From Ruditapes philippinarum (Eukaryota), in the NCBI RefSeq assembly GCF_026571515.1, contig NW_026866069.1:62001-126000 (forward strand): a stretch of DNA of 64,000 nt. Reading direction: 5' to 3'. Below the pieces are notes generated by a model, which saw nothing but the letters and a program-made list of their open reading frames with translations, was not told the DNA's origin and did no database searches. Within the stretch, counting starts at the first letter, position 1, and every line of letters starts with the position of its first letter. Both the position numbers and the translations under genes were made by a program. Of this stretch, positions 49,193 to 62,300 are shown piece after piece.

Positions 49193-49736
49193 TTTTTTAT
49201 GCTCCCGAAGGGTGAGCATATAGTCCCCGCTTTGTCCGTCCTTCTGTCAGTCCGCTATTCTTGTCCGGGATATAACTTTGAAACCACAAGAGGTATCAAC
49301 ATAAACTTTGTTGGTAGATAGATCTCATTGAGTAGGTATGCAGTGCACAAAAACAGTAACACACTTTGAACTTTGTCCGGGACATAACTCTAAAACTATT
49401 AGAGATATCAACATGACACTTTGTAGGTAGATAGATCTCATTGGATAGAACTGCAATGCTTAAGAACCTAAACACAGCCTTGTCTAATTTTGGAGTTATT
49501 GTCGTTTGTTCATTTTTACACTTTGAATTTTACCCTGGACATAACTCTGAAACTATAAAAGATATCATCACAAAACTTTATAGAAAGATAGATCTCATTG
49601 AATAGAAGTGCAGTGCCAAAAATCATATATCTGCCTTGCCTAATTTTGGAGTTATTGCCGTTTGTTAATTTTTTTATACTTTTCTGTGTCCAAAACCTTC
49701 TCGGGGAGCATCATCCGGTTCAACCGGTTCTTGTTT
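49193..49736 (+). mobile_element. HINE-like element, family G
   Basis: tttttatgctcccgaagggtgagcata start, gtccgtcc, about 3 monomers with gatagatctcattg, end ggggagcatcatccggttcaaccggttcttgttt. Confidence 0.78.
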
Positions 49737-50546
49737 AACTATTTATTTGCTTTAAAAAAAATAAAAAAGTAGAAGTAGTGTTGCTCTCACCTGCGGTGGC
49801 TCTTGTTATTTTTAAAGTTTGCCCAGACTATTACTCTCATATCTCTTATGCAATTTCACTGAAACTTTACAGGATTGATTGCTTGTGCATCTTACACAGG
49901 TTTTCTGCTGAAATGATTTTTTTAAATAATTCCTTTACTGTCAAATGATTAAATTCTGCTTATATTTTGGAGCTATTGTCGTTTGTTCATTTTTGAATTT
50001 TACCCGGGACATAACTCTGAAACTATAAAAGATTTCATCACAAAACTTTATAGAAAGATAAATCTCATTGAATGGCTTGAATAAAAAGATGTTTTTAGTG
50101 TCTTCTGCTACACAGAAACTTGTCTGGACTACTCCCCATGCAGAAACTACTGGTGCATTGTCATCTGAACATTACAGGAACGATAAATACCAAGTTAAGT
50201 TGTGCATATCATCAGTTTTTTTTGGTTCAATGATTTTTATTTGTTTTGGTTGTCGGACCAAACAAATAATGGTAGCGAAATTTCAGACCCTGATGTTCTT
50301 ATTTGCAAATGCCGAAAATTGTCCAAACTCCTCAAAGCAGTAACTGTTACTTTTCTTCATATGTACATTAACGCCAAAAAATTAAGGGGAGATCACTGCG
50401 TAAAGATTGTCAAATGACAGGTGCATTAATTTTCCTAAAGAAAAAATAGTTCCCGATTTGTTACAGATTTCTAATATTGTGTTATTCTTATAGATATACA
50501 TGCTTATATTAAGCTCCATGATTATTTAAATTTACTTCAGTGTTAA

Positions 50547-51161
50547 CCTTTTCCCTTATATAAGCGTGTTTCGACAACCTTTTGCCCCCCTCCCCCACCT
50601 TTTTGAGGCCTCAAACAGTGAAAAAATGCCCTATTTAGGCCCCAAACACTGGTTTTCGTTTGAGAAATGTTGTTAAAAAAAGTGACCACTTTTTCGGCGC
50701 CGTCCCCCATCCAAATGTTACATCCGGGGGTTGCCAGAAGGGGGATGTGCCCCCTTCTGTTTGGGGGGTTTGAAGTCCCCCTCATCGCCAAGAAAATTTT
50801 GGACATATGACAGGCTAAAAATGGCCTCAGGTGGATCTTAGGGTAACTAGTAACCGATACTGAAAAGCCTTTTACTCTATCTCAATTCATTGAGAAGTTT
50901 CAGCACTTTGAAATCAGTTTTGATGGAAAAAAACAATGCAAAATAGTGATTTTTGGCAATTTTGAGATGTTCCCCCGTTGCCATGGTAACTGGAAATTTA
51001 TGATTAAGCATGCTGTTACAGAGGCTATGGTGTAGTCAACATTTGTGCCAAGTTTCATCAGTATTGAAGCATTTTTCATAGTTTCATAGAAGTTTGAACT
51101 TGTTACAGGAGGCTTTTCAATGAAAACGGCATTTTTCGCAATATGCTCATGGGGTAAAAGG
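50547..51161. mobile_element. piggyBac-like MITE (TTAA TSD, CC...GG termini)
   Basis: ttaa|ccttttccc ... ggggtaaaagg|ttaa. Internal segment 50636-50775 recurs at about 59603-59742. Confidence 0.6.
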
Positions 51162-52405
51162 TTAAACAACAGGTTTACCCTGAACGAAATATATCGAAAT
51201 TAATAAGGGTTACAAACTCTAATTTAGAATGGTGACACTATACAAACAAATTGGGTTATAATTAAATCTCACAACCTTCACCTTTCTGACATTTTGAGAC
51301 CCAAACAAATTCAGCGCCTTCTGTGCTTTGATTGTCAGAGTTATGGCACTTAAATGATTTTTACTTTTGACTAGTCCTCTTATACCACTAATGCAATTTC
51401 AATGAAACTTTACAGGATTGATTGGTAGCTCATGTACTTGGGCATAATACACGGGTTTTTAGGTTGAATGATTTTTTGCTGAGTTGTGGCCCTTGAATAA
51501 GATAAACATTTCGCCCTGTTAATGATTTTTGTGTCTCCTGCTACATGCAATTGGCTATCATGAGGCAACACATGTGATCACCTATTGCTCTTGTTGCATA
51601 GAATTTAGAATTATGCGATATTGCTTATTCTAACCAACCCAAATATCAACCATTGAAGCATAACCAATACAATAAAATTTGACAATAATGTGTGAGGAAA
51701 CAATTCTGTCTGTTATGATACCAGAATAAACTTCAGCAAATTTGTCAGCATTGACATCAGAAATGTGGCTTCAGTTGGAAATATTTTTTTAAAAGATTTA
51801 GGAATGGGTCAAATTATCTGACCTGTGGTGACACTTTAAAAATGCATGCTAAGGGTCAATTATTTTATATAGTTACATAGTAAATGACGGGGTGCATTCC
51901 TGAGCCATCATGACCCTCTTGTTACTGTAAACCATCTTATAATTCTTACTTTTTTTACTTTGTTTGCAAGAAAAAATGTTGGGGACAAGCTATTCCTAAA
52001 GAAACATGCTGTATATAAGAGTTGTTTCTTTTCTTTAAAGGCCCACTATGCCTCAGAAATACTATCAATTTATTTCACAAAAACTTTCAACCTTTAGTAT
52101 CTTAATTGTTAGTTTCCAAAAATTACTTATTTGCCATATACATAAATCTTTGCATCTTTTGCGTTGATGGCAATGGGTAAAATTACAGTGAATTAGTTTT
52201 ATGTGTGGGAATCAAAATACTACTTTATTTACATTTTAATTACCACCTTTACGACACACTACTGCACATTCAGCACTAACTTTCTTTAGTTTCTGCCAGA
52301 TTAATCTCAATTCTTTTACAGGACATTAACACCTTCTTCTAATCATTTTTACTGTCTTAGTTGTTACACAGTCTTAAATTGATACTTACTGTCTGTGGTT
52401 GTTAA

Positions 52406-52704
52406 AGGGACTCCACTGAGGTTATTTTGACATGTTGGGACTGAAAATAATTTTTCCAGATACATGTATCATTTGATGTAGGTTAAGATCACTAATCTTT
52501 GTGCAAAGTTTCAGATCATTTGTGTATTTCGATTTTCCAGAATAATTATTCAAATTTAAAAAAAAAAAAAAAAATGAAAAGCGTTTAAATGCTTTTTACT
52601 GAATTCGGGCTACCTTTGATATTTCTGTTTAAAGTGCCCCTGCTCATTTTTGTAAGAAATTCAAATGTTATGTTTTTAGGCTTTTAAACCTCAGTGGAGT
52701 CCCT
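52406..52704 (+). mobile_element. Kolobok-like MITE (uninterrupted copy)
   Basis: ttaa|agggactccactgagg ... cctcagtggagtccct|ttaa, perfect 16-bp TIR. Confidence 0.85.
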
Positions 52705-52914
52705 TTAATAAGAATATATATTTTTGGTCCCAGACCAGACTGTACTTTTAAAAATTATTTTTTGTTCAAGATTAATCTCAATTATTTTAAATCACTATGT
52801 TATCGGACAATATACCTTCTTAAAATAAACTTTTACCAAGCAGAAAATAAAAAAAAAATTGGTAAGAAGGGGAATAATTGATATTCATCAAATCAAGGGA
52901 CGTAATTTGTTGAC

Positions 52915-53165
52915 ACATGTCACGTGATTGAAAGTTAGCTTGATGTTGTCAATAGTTACGCTAGCGTTCGAAGATTTAATAAACTTACGCTTGAAATATA
53001 GATCTATACAACTTTAAATTTTGAACTTGTTTTGTGTTACGATCTTTTCATTTTATAGGAATATCGGTTAACATTCAATAATTTCACAGTTATACCCTTA
53101 TAAACGTAAATATATTTGTAAAATCGCCACTTTCAAAAGTTGTGATCGAACCGGAAGTTGTGGCG
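52915..53165 (+). promoter_or_regulatory. Putative promoter of the QRICH2-like gene
   Basis: Local CpG enrichment, E-box gtcacgtgat (52919-52928) and ETS motif ccggaagt (53151-53158) upstream of the ATG at 53303. Confidence 0.4.
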
Positions 53166-53302
53166 GAGTCATTTCATTCAGCACACTAGGAGTAAACACG
53201 AAGTAAATAAAATGTAGGTTCAATAAAATGACAATTAAGGGGTGTAATTAAATCAGTTAAGTTAAAATACAATTTCTTTGGGCTATCTAAATTCGGGCAA
53301 AC

Positions 53303-56300
53303 ATGCCGACTGCAGTGTCACTGTCGCAAATGGTGGATTTGTCCCTGGGGACACCAGAGATAGGGTCTGTGAATTTCAATGTGATGCATACACTCCTTCA
53401 TGCTATCATAAGGAAATTAAGTATTGCTGATCACAGAGCAGAGATAAATGAACATGACAGGGATTTTTTGGCAACATCAAAAATACGAGCTAGATCCACA
53501 CTCAGTGATGCTGACAGTGGGCGGGGTGAAGATTCTGAGGATGCCACAAGTGAGAAATCTGGAGCTCCCCCATTTCGACCATCCCCATATCATAGGATGG
53601 AATTAAAGGTTGAAAAACTTGCACAGCAGTTGGAAAGTTTAAATCAGCTTCCATCGAATAGTGAATTATTTGATCGTACCACAAAATCAAAAAGTGAAAG
53701 TTCTACAGATAGGCCTGTAGCTGACATGTGGCAATATATGCAACTTAAAAAAAGGGTTGATGCTAATGAAGAAGGTGTAGGAAAGGTATATTTTCAGTCT
53801 ATTTAATATTTTAGATATTTTAATAAGATATGAAAGTGTTTGTGTAAATCATTTAGAACAGTCAAAAGAACATGTCATTGAGTCCTTACATCAGTCATCG
53901 AATTTAGCACTGGCCCGGTGGCCCATGGCCAGTGAAAAATAGTTTGGGCCAGTGAAAATTTTAAGAAAATTTAGTGAAATATATAGAAGAATAAATTCAA
54001 AACTGGAATTGGGGGTAGTAAATTCAAAATCTTAAATTCATTGACTGTTACATGATATCAATTTCTTTGCATAACAAGATGAGATGTAGAAAGTTATTAT
54101 CTATTGCCAACAATACTTGTTTACAGTATGTCATTCAAGAGAGGAAAGATCATACGGGGAAGTCAAAGGCCGGGCTTGCCCAACTTGCCCAGCTATAGAC
54201 TACACAAACATGTATACTTATACATCAAATCAAATCAAATATATAGATTCCTGTACCTATCTGTGAAAATTTCAGTGTCATTTCTTATTGGGCTCCACCA
54301 TTTTTAATGTAACTCGTGGATAATCTGCAGGGTATTGCAACTTTTCGCTTAAGAGTAATCATTGAGGTATTCTGAGTGAAAATGAAACTGCTGCACAAAT
54401 TACCCAATGACGCCTTTAAAATGAAATATATCAAATAAAACTTGACTCAGTTTTTTTGTCTGACTTTCCTTGCATAGCATTTGCCTTCTTTCATAATTTT
54501 ATTATTATTCAGTGAAATTAGTAAATTTTCATTCAGTAACAGCAATGAGGTAATTTAAGAAAATCTTCAAAATTTGCGAGTAAAACAACTTTAATTTTGA
54601 AGGTAATTTATGATGTCAGTAAATAGAAAATAAATAGCTTTTAAATCTAATGACATTTCAAGCTGGTAATGATTTTACTGCTTTGTTAGGTGAAGATCCT
54701 TTTTTTTCCATAAATTAATATACAATGTATCTGATCCAATTAATACAATATTATTTGCCAGTATTAATATACATGTATATGATCAAAAAGTTGTAATGAA
54801 TTAAATTATTTATTTTAAAAAATTTTTTTATCACAAGAGCATGATTGTTTCAGTACAGTTATCACAGTTCTGAAATTTTGTTTCCCCTGTAAGTAGCTTA
54901 AAAACCTTTAATTATGTTATAAGTAGGGTGAAAAGTTTGCATAAAATGTTTGATGTTATGTAAAAAAAAGTTTTTAGAAAGATAAAAAAAAATCTGAGCA
55001 TGTTTCTCAAGATATTATGATGATGTTTATATTCCCAAAAAAGGACATTGATATTGCCAATTTAAATTGCCCCACACTGCGTGCCCTGTGTTAGGGAGTT
55101 TGGGTTAGAATTTACTGGCACTGAGAGAAAGTTCCTGACATTTCTGTGATTTCTTTGACATATAATTAATACTAAAATACCTTTTTGCCAGAGTGGTCCA
55201 AGAGTCAACTAATGGATTGAAAGTTATCAACATTTCAACAAGAGGGTGTTTTATTCAGATGTTTTTCAATGTAAATTAACACTTGAAAAACAAGAAGATT
55301 AAAATTGTTAGATTGAAGGAAAGTCAATTTAATTGTTTATCCTGTGTATAAATCAAATGAAAGTGTTGAAGTAGGTGAAAATGAAATGTCATTGAAATGT
55401 TTAAAAGATGGTCCTATCTTGTTTGAATTGAACAGCTACGTGGGGTAGCTATGGTCCATGACAATTTGTAAACTCTCTGATCAGATTATATACAGACAAG
55501 CTTTTCTGATAAAAGAAATGTCTTAAAACAAATCTGACTGACACTATTTTTTTTACAGTCTCTGTGTATTTTGAAGGTATTAACATAATGCAAGTATTTA
55601 TTACAATTTCAAATAAGTGATAAGATTAAATATTCTTGAATTTGAATTTTCAATATTGATCCAACTAATGATTAATCAAGTAGAAGTGAAGCTGGTTTCA
55701 GGCTTCAGTTATTTATTTTGAATCATTTGAAATCATTGTCGACTGTCTCTTACATAAACTCACTACAGTAGTGCGGGGTAAATAGGAAAATTGAAGTCAC
55801 AATTAAGCTTGATTTTATCTCACTTTATATTGATCAAATGAAATGAATCAGATGGAATGTTTTATGTCATGCTGTCAATTGATGAAAATGAATTGAGGTA
55901 AAAAAAGCAAGAATAACATTTTCTACAAGGCATTTTTAGCTCACCTGTCACAAAGTGACAGGGTGAGCTTTTGTGATCGCTTTTCGTCCGGCGTCTGTCC
56001 GTCGTCCGTCCGTCCGTAAACTTTTACTTTAAATGACATCTCCTCATAAACCACTAAGCCAATTTCATCCAAACTTCACAGGAATGTTCCTTTGGTGGTC
56101 ACCTTTAAAAATTGTTCAAAGAATTTAATTCCATGCAGAACTCTGGTTGCCATGGCAACCAAAAGAAAAAAACTTTAAATATCTTCTTTTAAAAAACCAT
56201 AAGAGCTAGTGCTTAGATATTTGGCATGAAACATCTTCTAGTGAGTGTCTACCAAGTTTGTTCAAATAAAAGCCCTGGGGTCAAAATTGGCCCCGCCCCG

Positions 56301-59300
56301 GGGGGTCATTGATTTTCCCTATATACATATAGTAAAAACTTAAAAAATCTTCTTTTAAAGAACCAAAAGAGCTAGAGCTAAGATATTTAGCATGAAACAT
56401 GTTCTAATGGGTGTCTACCGAGGTTGTTCAAATAAAAGCCCTTGGGTCAAAATTGGCCCCGCCCCGGGGGTCATTGATTTTCCCTATATGCATATAGTAA
56501 AAACTTAAAAAATCTACTTTTAAAGAACTCAAAGAGCTATGGCTAAGATATTTAGCATCAAACATGTTCTAATAGGTGTCTACCAAGTTTGTTTAAATAA
56601 AAGCCCTGGGGTCAAAATTGGCCCCGCCCCAGGGGGGTCATTGATTTTACCTATATGCATATAGTAAAAACTTAAAAAATCTTCTTTTAAAGAACCAAAA
56701 GAGTTAAAGCTAAGATATTTAGCATGAAACATGTTCTAATAAGTGTCTACCAAGTTTGTTCAAATAAAAGCCCTTGGGTCAAAATTGGCCCCGCCCCGGG
56801 GGTCATTGATTTTCCCTATATACATATACTAAAAACTTAAAAAATCTTCTTTTAAAAAACCATAACAGCTAAAGCTTAGATATTTGGCATGAAACATCTT
56901 CTAGTGAGTGTCTACCAAGTTTGTTCAAATAAAAGCCCTGGGGTCAAAATTGGCCCCGCCCCGGGGGGTCATTGATTTTCCCTATATACATATAGTAAAA
57001 ACTTAAAAAATCTTCTTTTAAAGAACCAAAAGAGCTAGAGCTAAGATATTTAGCATGAAACATGTTCTAATGGGTGTCTACCAAGTTTCTTCAAATGAAA
57101 GCCCTGGGGTCAAAATTGGCCCTGCCCCGGGGGGTCATTGATTTTCCCAATATGCATATAGTAAAAACTTAAAAATCTTCTTTTAAAGAACCAAAAGAGC
57201 TAGAGCTAAGATTTTTAGCATGAAACATGTTCTAATAAGTGTCTACCAAGTTTGTTCAAATAAAAGCCCTGGGGTCAAAATTGGCCCCGCCCCGGGGGTC
57301 ATTGATTTTTCCTATATGCATATAGTAAAAACTTAAGAAATCTTCTTTTAAAGAACCAAAAGAGCTAGAGCTAAGATATTTAGCATGAAACATGTTTTAA
57401 TAAGTGTCTACCAAGTTTGTTCAAATAAAAGCCCTGGGGTCAAAATTGGCCCCACCCCGGGGGATCATTGATTTTCCCTATATGCATATATTAAAAACTT
57501 AAAAAATCTTCTTTTAAAGAACTCAAAGAGCTATGGCTAAGATATTTAGCATCAAACATGTTCTAATAGGTGTCTACCAAGTTTGTTCAAATAAAAGCCC
57601 TGGGGTCAAAATTGGCACCGCCCTGGGGGTCATTGATTTTCCTTATATGTGTATAGCAAAAACTTTAAAAATCATCTTTTAAAAAAGCCAATGAGCTAGA
57701 ACTTAGATGTTTAGCATGAAACATCTTCTTATAGGTGTCTACCAAGTCTGTTCAAATAAACAAATAAAAGCCCTTGGGTAAAAATTGGCCCGGGGGTGGG
57801 GGGGCTATATACAGGTGAGCGACCTCAGGGCCATCATGGCCCTCTTGTTTATCATTCTCATCTAGCTATAAAATCTGCAGAAAGTTGGGTTCCAAGCAAC
57901 TTTTATGGCACCATCTTTGTTAGGAATACAATTGTTGTTAGAAAACCTTTGAGGCTATTACACTTTGAATCACAAAGTGGATAGGTGATCACACCCTGAG
58001 TACTAATTTATGATTTTTTTTATTCCCCAACAGAAAATAACATAACAACAACAAACCCTACATTACATGTAATGTATATTAAAGAAAATGATACGTTTTG
58101 ATCTTTTCAATACACAGGTTGTGCAGATTATTGTTTTCAAGCTGTAGAAGCAGTAGAGAAACATGCCTGTATAATAAGCAATGATGCTGTGTTATAGAAA
58201 ATTTTTATTAATCAGTTGTCAAGGAGAAATGCCATGGCTCTTTGATTTCAAATCACCCTCAGTGACTGAATAATGAGAAAATTTCATTTACATTCAAGAT
58301 ACACCATTATTTCCTTGGTGAAATCCACATAAATATTTAATGGGCATCATGGGAGTCTTCATTATATTGAAATGATTCAGGACATTCTTCTCTTGAGTAT
58401 AAATAGCTGATGCTGTGAAATTCTAATTAAGTTTGCACCTAAGAGAGAATCCTAGCAAAGTCTTTTGTTTTGAGTCGGTGTAATGTATCACATTGTTCAC
58501 ATATTCATTGAAACTTATTTTTTAGTAAAATATAATTTTAGAATGTTTTCTCTCTTACCCCCCCCTCCCCTCCTCACACACACACAGCTCTTATTCTGTC
58601 CCCTCAAACATAACACACCTCTAACCTGATATTATCCCTTTCTGTCGATACCGATAAGAACTATGTATATATCGAGGTGTGACACTTTGGGACAAAGATG
58701 ACCTCGTCCTGATTGAATTTTTAAACTGTTTATAAATCTTTCAAGTAAATGCCTAATTATTGATCAGTGAGTTTGATATATCAATTCAAGTACTCATTGT
58801 CTTTCACTATTTTTACATTCTTTTAATTTAAACCATCTATTATTTATAATTTATCAACAGCTTCCTCGTCTTAATGAAAGTGATTGGCCTTTGCCACTTG
58901 TCTAGTGCAATGGCGAGCCTGCACAACCAGACTATACTTTTGGCTGACTTACCAGATATACAAATGTACCAAAAACGAAATATTCTTAAAATGGAAGCTG
59001 GGCATTAGTCTATTCAGAAATTTGGCAGGTTAAGGTCTAATCTCTATATCTAATATAATGTAATCTGCCGACAATATTTTGTGTTAAGCTTGATTATTAT
59101 ATATAAAAGATAAGCTGATGTTTATAACACAAAAAGCTCTATTAGGTATGGTGAATGTCACAAATTTATATTATTATATATGATATAATGTCATAATGTG
59201 ATAAAAAATAGATGATAGGGAATAGATATTTAATATTTAAATATTTTTAAGAACAAATATGCTTGCTTTTACATGAAGCTGTTATCCTCCTTGATCTGAG

Positions 59301-62300
59301 TACATTTAAACAGTGCCATTCAGGCATAATGTTTGATCATTTGGCCAATTTATATATTTATTTGACTGTTTAATATTACTCAAATAGTTTTATATCAATA
59401 TTTGTCAGATTTTATGACAGTTTAAGATGACTCAAATGATTTAGTTAATAAGACGACCTGGTTATAACTTTGCTAAACCCTTAATCCCCTATATTTGTAT
59501 AATGGACTTGCTCCACTGCTGTCAACTTGGAACTAATCATTATCATGTTAGGGGGTTTCAATATCTAAAAGCTAAGTAACTAACATTAATCCGCACAACC
59601 CTAGGCCCCAAACACTGTTTTTCGTTTGAGAGAAATGTTGTTAGAAAAGTGACCACTTTTTCGGCGCAGTCACCCATCCAAATGTTACATCAGGGGGTTG
59701 CCAGAAGGGGGATGTGCCCCCTTCTGTTTGGGGGGTTTGAAGGGGGCGGCAGTTCTGGAACTATTTCAATCTGTCTAGAGCAAGTCAAGTGCAATTGAGA
59801 CATGGAAATTCTGTAAACAATTTAGTTTTTGAATTATTTATGTTCATTTTATAAAGCAAAAGTTCATGAACTACCAAGAAATTGATGAAATGGATACAGT
59901 AACTCATGACTAGTTCATTTGAAAACCTAATAAATTAAAGCCAAGCAGTATACATTGTAAAACTGTTTAGTTACGACACCTTTAAAATCAATTAAATTTA
60001 AGTCTGGTTGAAATATTATACTCTTATTTTTCATTGCTTCAGTGAATAAGTGTTAAATTTATATGTCAGAAATTTTGGTGTCATATAACGATTTAGTAAC
60101 AGTATTTTTTTTGTAATAAAAGTTACAAGATCCTTATAAATTAGACGGTTTTGACGGATTGGTGTGGTGCATCAACTTCTATATTAACTAAATTGGGCGT
60201 ACAGTGTTTGAATTTGTATACCAAAACTTGGCCCTTATAGAAATTCTTTCCGGATCATAAATAATTAAAATTCTTTTCAAATATAAATCTTTGCATTTAG
60301 ACCTTTTAGATGAAAATCAATAATCTTTATTGATAGTAGCTTGTATAAGCAAACCATTTTGCATTTAAAGGGGTGCTTAATAATTCTTTGCTATAATCGA
60401 ATAAAAACAGATTGTGAAATTTTACAGCTGAACAAATGAGTTTTAAAACTGGATACTAAAGAATAAGTCCTGGTCTTTAAATCTTTATGGTACATTTAAT
60501 TGTTTAATGTGAGGAAGCCATAGAGGTTATAGACAGGCTACTGGATCTACAAGGGTGGCTGCTTGTACCTGAAATATAAAATCTCAAAAGGGCCTCAGGT
60601 TTCCTTAAGGCTTGTAGTGAAGCTTAAAGGAACTCCACTGACATCAAAAAGCCTAAGAACATAAAATTTAATTTCTTTCAAAGATTAGCTTAGGTAAATG
60701 AAATAGAAGGGCCTCAGGTTTCCTTAAAAAGGCTTAAGCTTGTAGTGAAGCTTAAAGGAACTCCACTGACATCAAAAAGCCTAAGAACATAAAATTTAAT
60801 TTCTTTCAAAGATTAGCTTAGGTAAATGAAATAGAAAGATATGCAAAAGATAATTAAGAAGTAATACTCCGTAATAAGTTGAAATTTGTATTTTGTGATT
60901 TTTCTAGCCAAATTTGAGTTAAATTTTGAGTCACTTTTCACATTAATAATGATTATGCTGGATAAATGGAATGAAAGAATGATCTGAAAGTTCAAGACCT
61001 ACACCAAATGACTGAAAAATTATTTGAAGTCCAGTCATGTCAAAAAAACCTCAGTGGAGTCCCTTTAAGTAGCCATGTATGATCTTAACATTGTTGTGAA
61101 ACTACTCCCATACTCATTGTGGAAAGTTACACCCATCCTAAATTCAGAAAAAGATAAGAATTTATAAGTTTTGCAAAACACCCATTATAACTCATTTATT
61201 CAATGTTTTGGCAAATTTATATACAAAGCTAATTGATATGATAATTTGTTTGACATAAATTGACTGAAAAATCTCAGTTCTAACCAGATAACTTTCGATG
61301 AAAAAGAAACATTTTGACTGTTCACATTCCAATTTGTACATTTGATATAACATCAGATACAGGATTCAATTAAAATGCAAATGAGCTATGAAGATTTATG
61401 TAAATGAAGTCACATCGTGCCTATTTCAAGGTGTGGTTTAGTGATTAAAATAGACTGAAGAACAGTGATTGATCAAGAACTATTTTAAGCATTGGTTAAG
61501 CTAGTTGTCAGCCTGATAGAGACTTATAATTTTAAGCATATTAATATAAAATTGGTTAAGGTGTCTGCCTCTCAACCCACAGATCATGGGTTCGAGCCCT
61601 ACTCAAGTCACAACCATGTTTCTTCATATGACACCAGTACTGGTTGGTTCCAGGAAGTGGTTTCGAAAGTGATTAATATAAGTTGCAAGAACTTGTTTTT
61701 CAATCAAGCTTAAATAAATATGTTTAAACCAACTGTGAGTCTATGGTTTAATTGGTCTAAGCAAAATTTAATACCCTATACTTCACCAGTTCAAGAACTA
61801 ATTTGCTTCTTAAAAGAGCATAGCGGCATGGCAAGTTTGTATGTGTCAGAATGGTAAGGATTTTAAGCCTCATAATGTTCAAACCTTGCCAGGGGCAAGC
61901 CATTGTTTTATTGTATGTCTTACAACACAATCATACTAAAATAAATTCTGTATAAACTAAACAGCTAAAATAAGCTTATTGTATTAGAATACTGTATTAC
62001 CTAAAACAAAAAAAAGACATTGTTGAGTTGATAAGAAAACACTTTCTATTGTGAAAATAAGTTGAAAAACATTCATTTCTTTATCAGCATTGTGTTATAA
62101 ATTCCAATTGCACTGATCTACATTTAATAAATTAAACTTTTATTAAATTTGAGGTATAACACCAAAAGAATGTTGAAATAAGAATTGTGAGAAAGTTTGT
62201 TACAGTATGACTATCACATTCTGAAATAACAATAGAATTAGGATATTCTGAAGTTCATGACAGTCTCTTTAAAATCATGTTATTTATTTATTTGAATAAG

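Noticed and set aside
61550-61625. tRNA gene
   Set aside because: No complete acceptor stem or cloverleaf, and it continues into a SINE-like body and AT tail.
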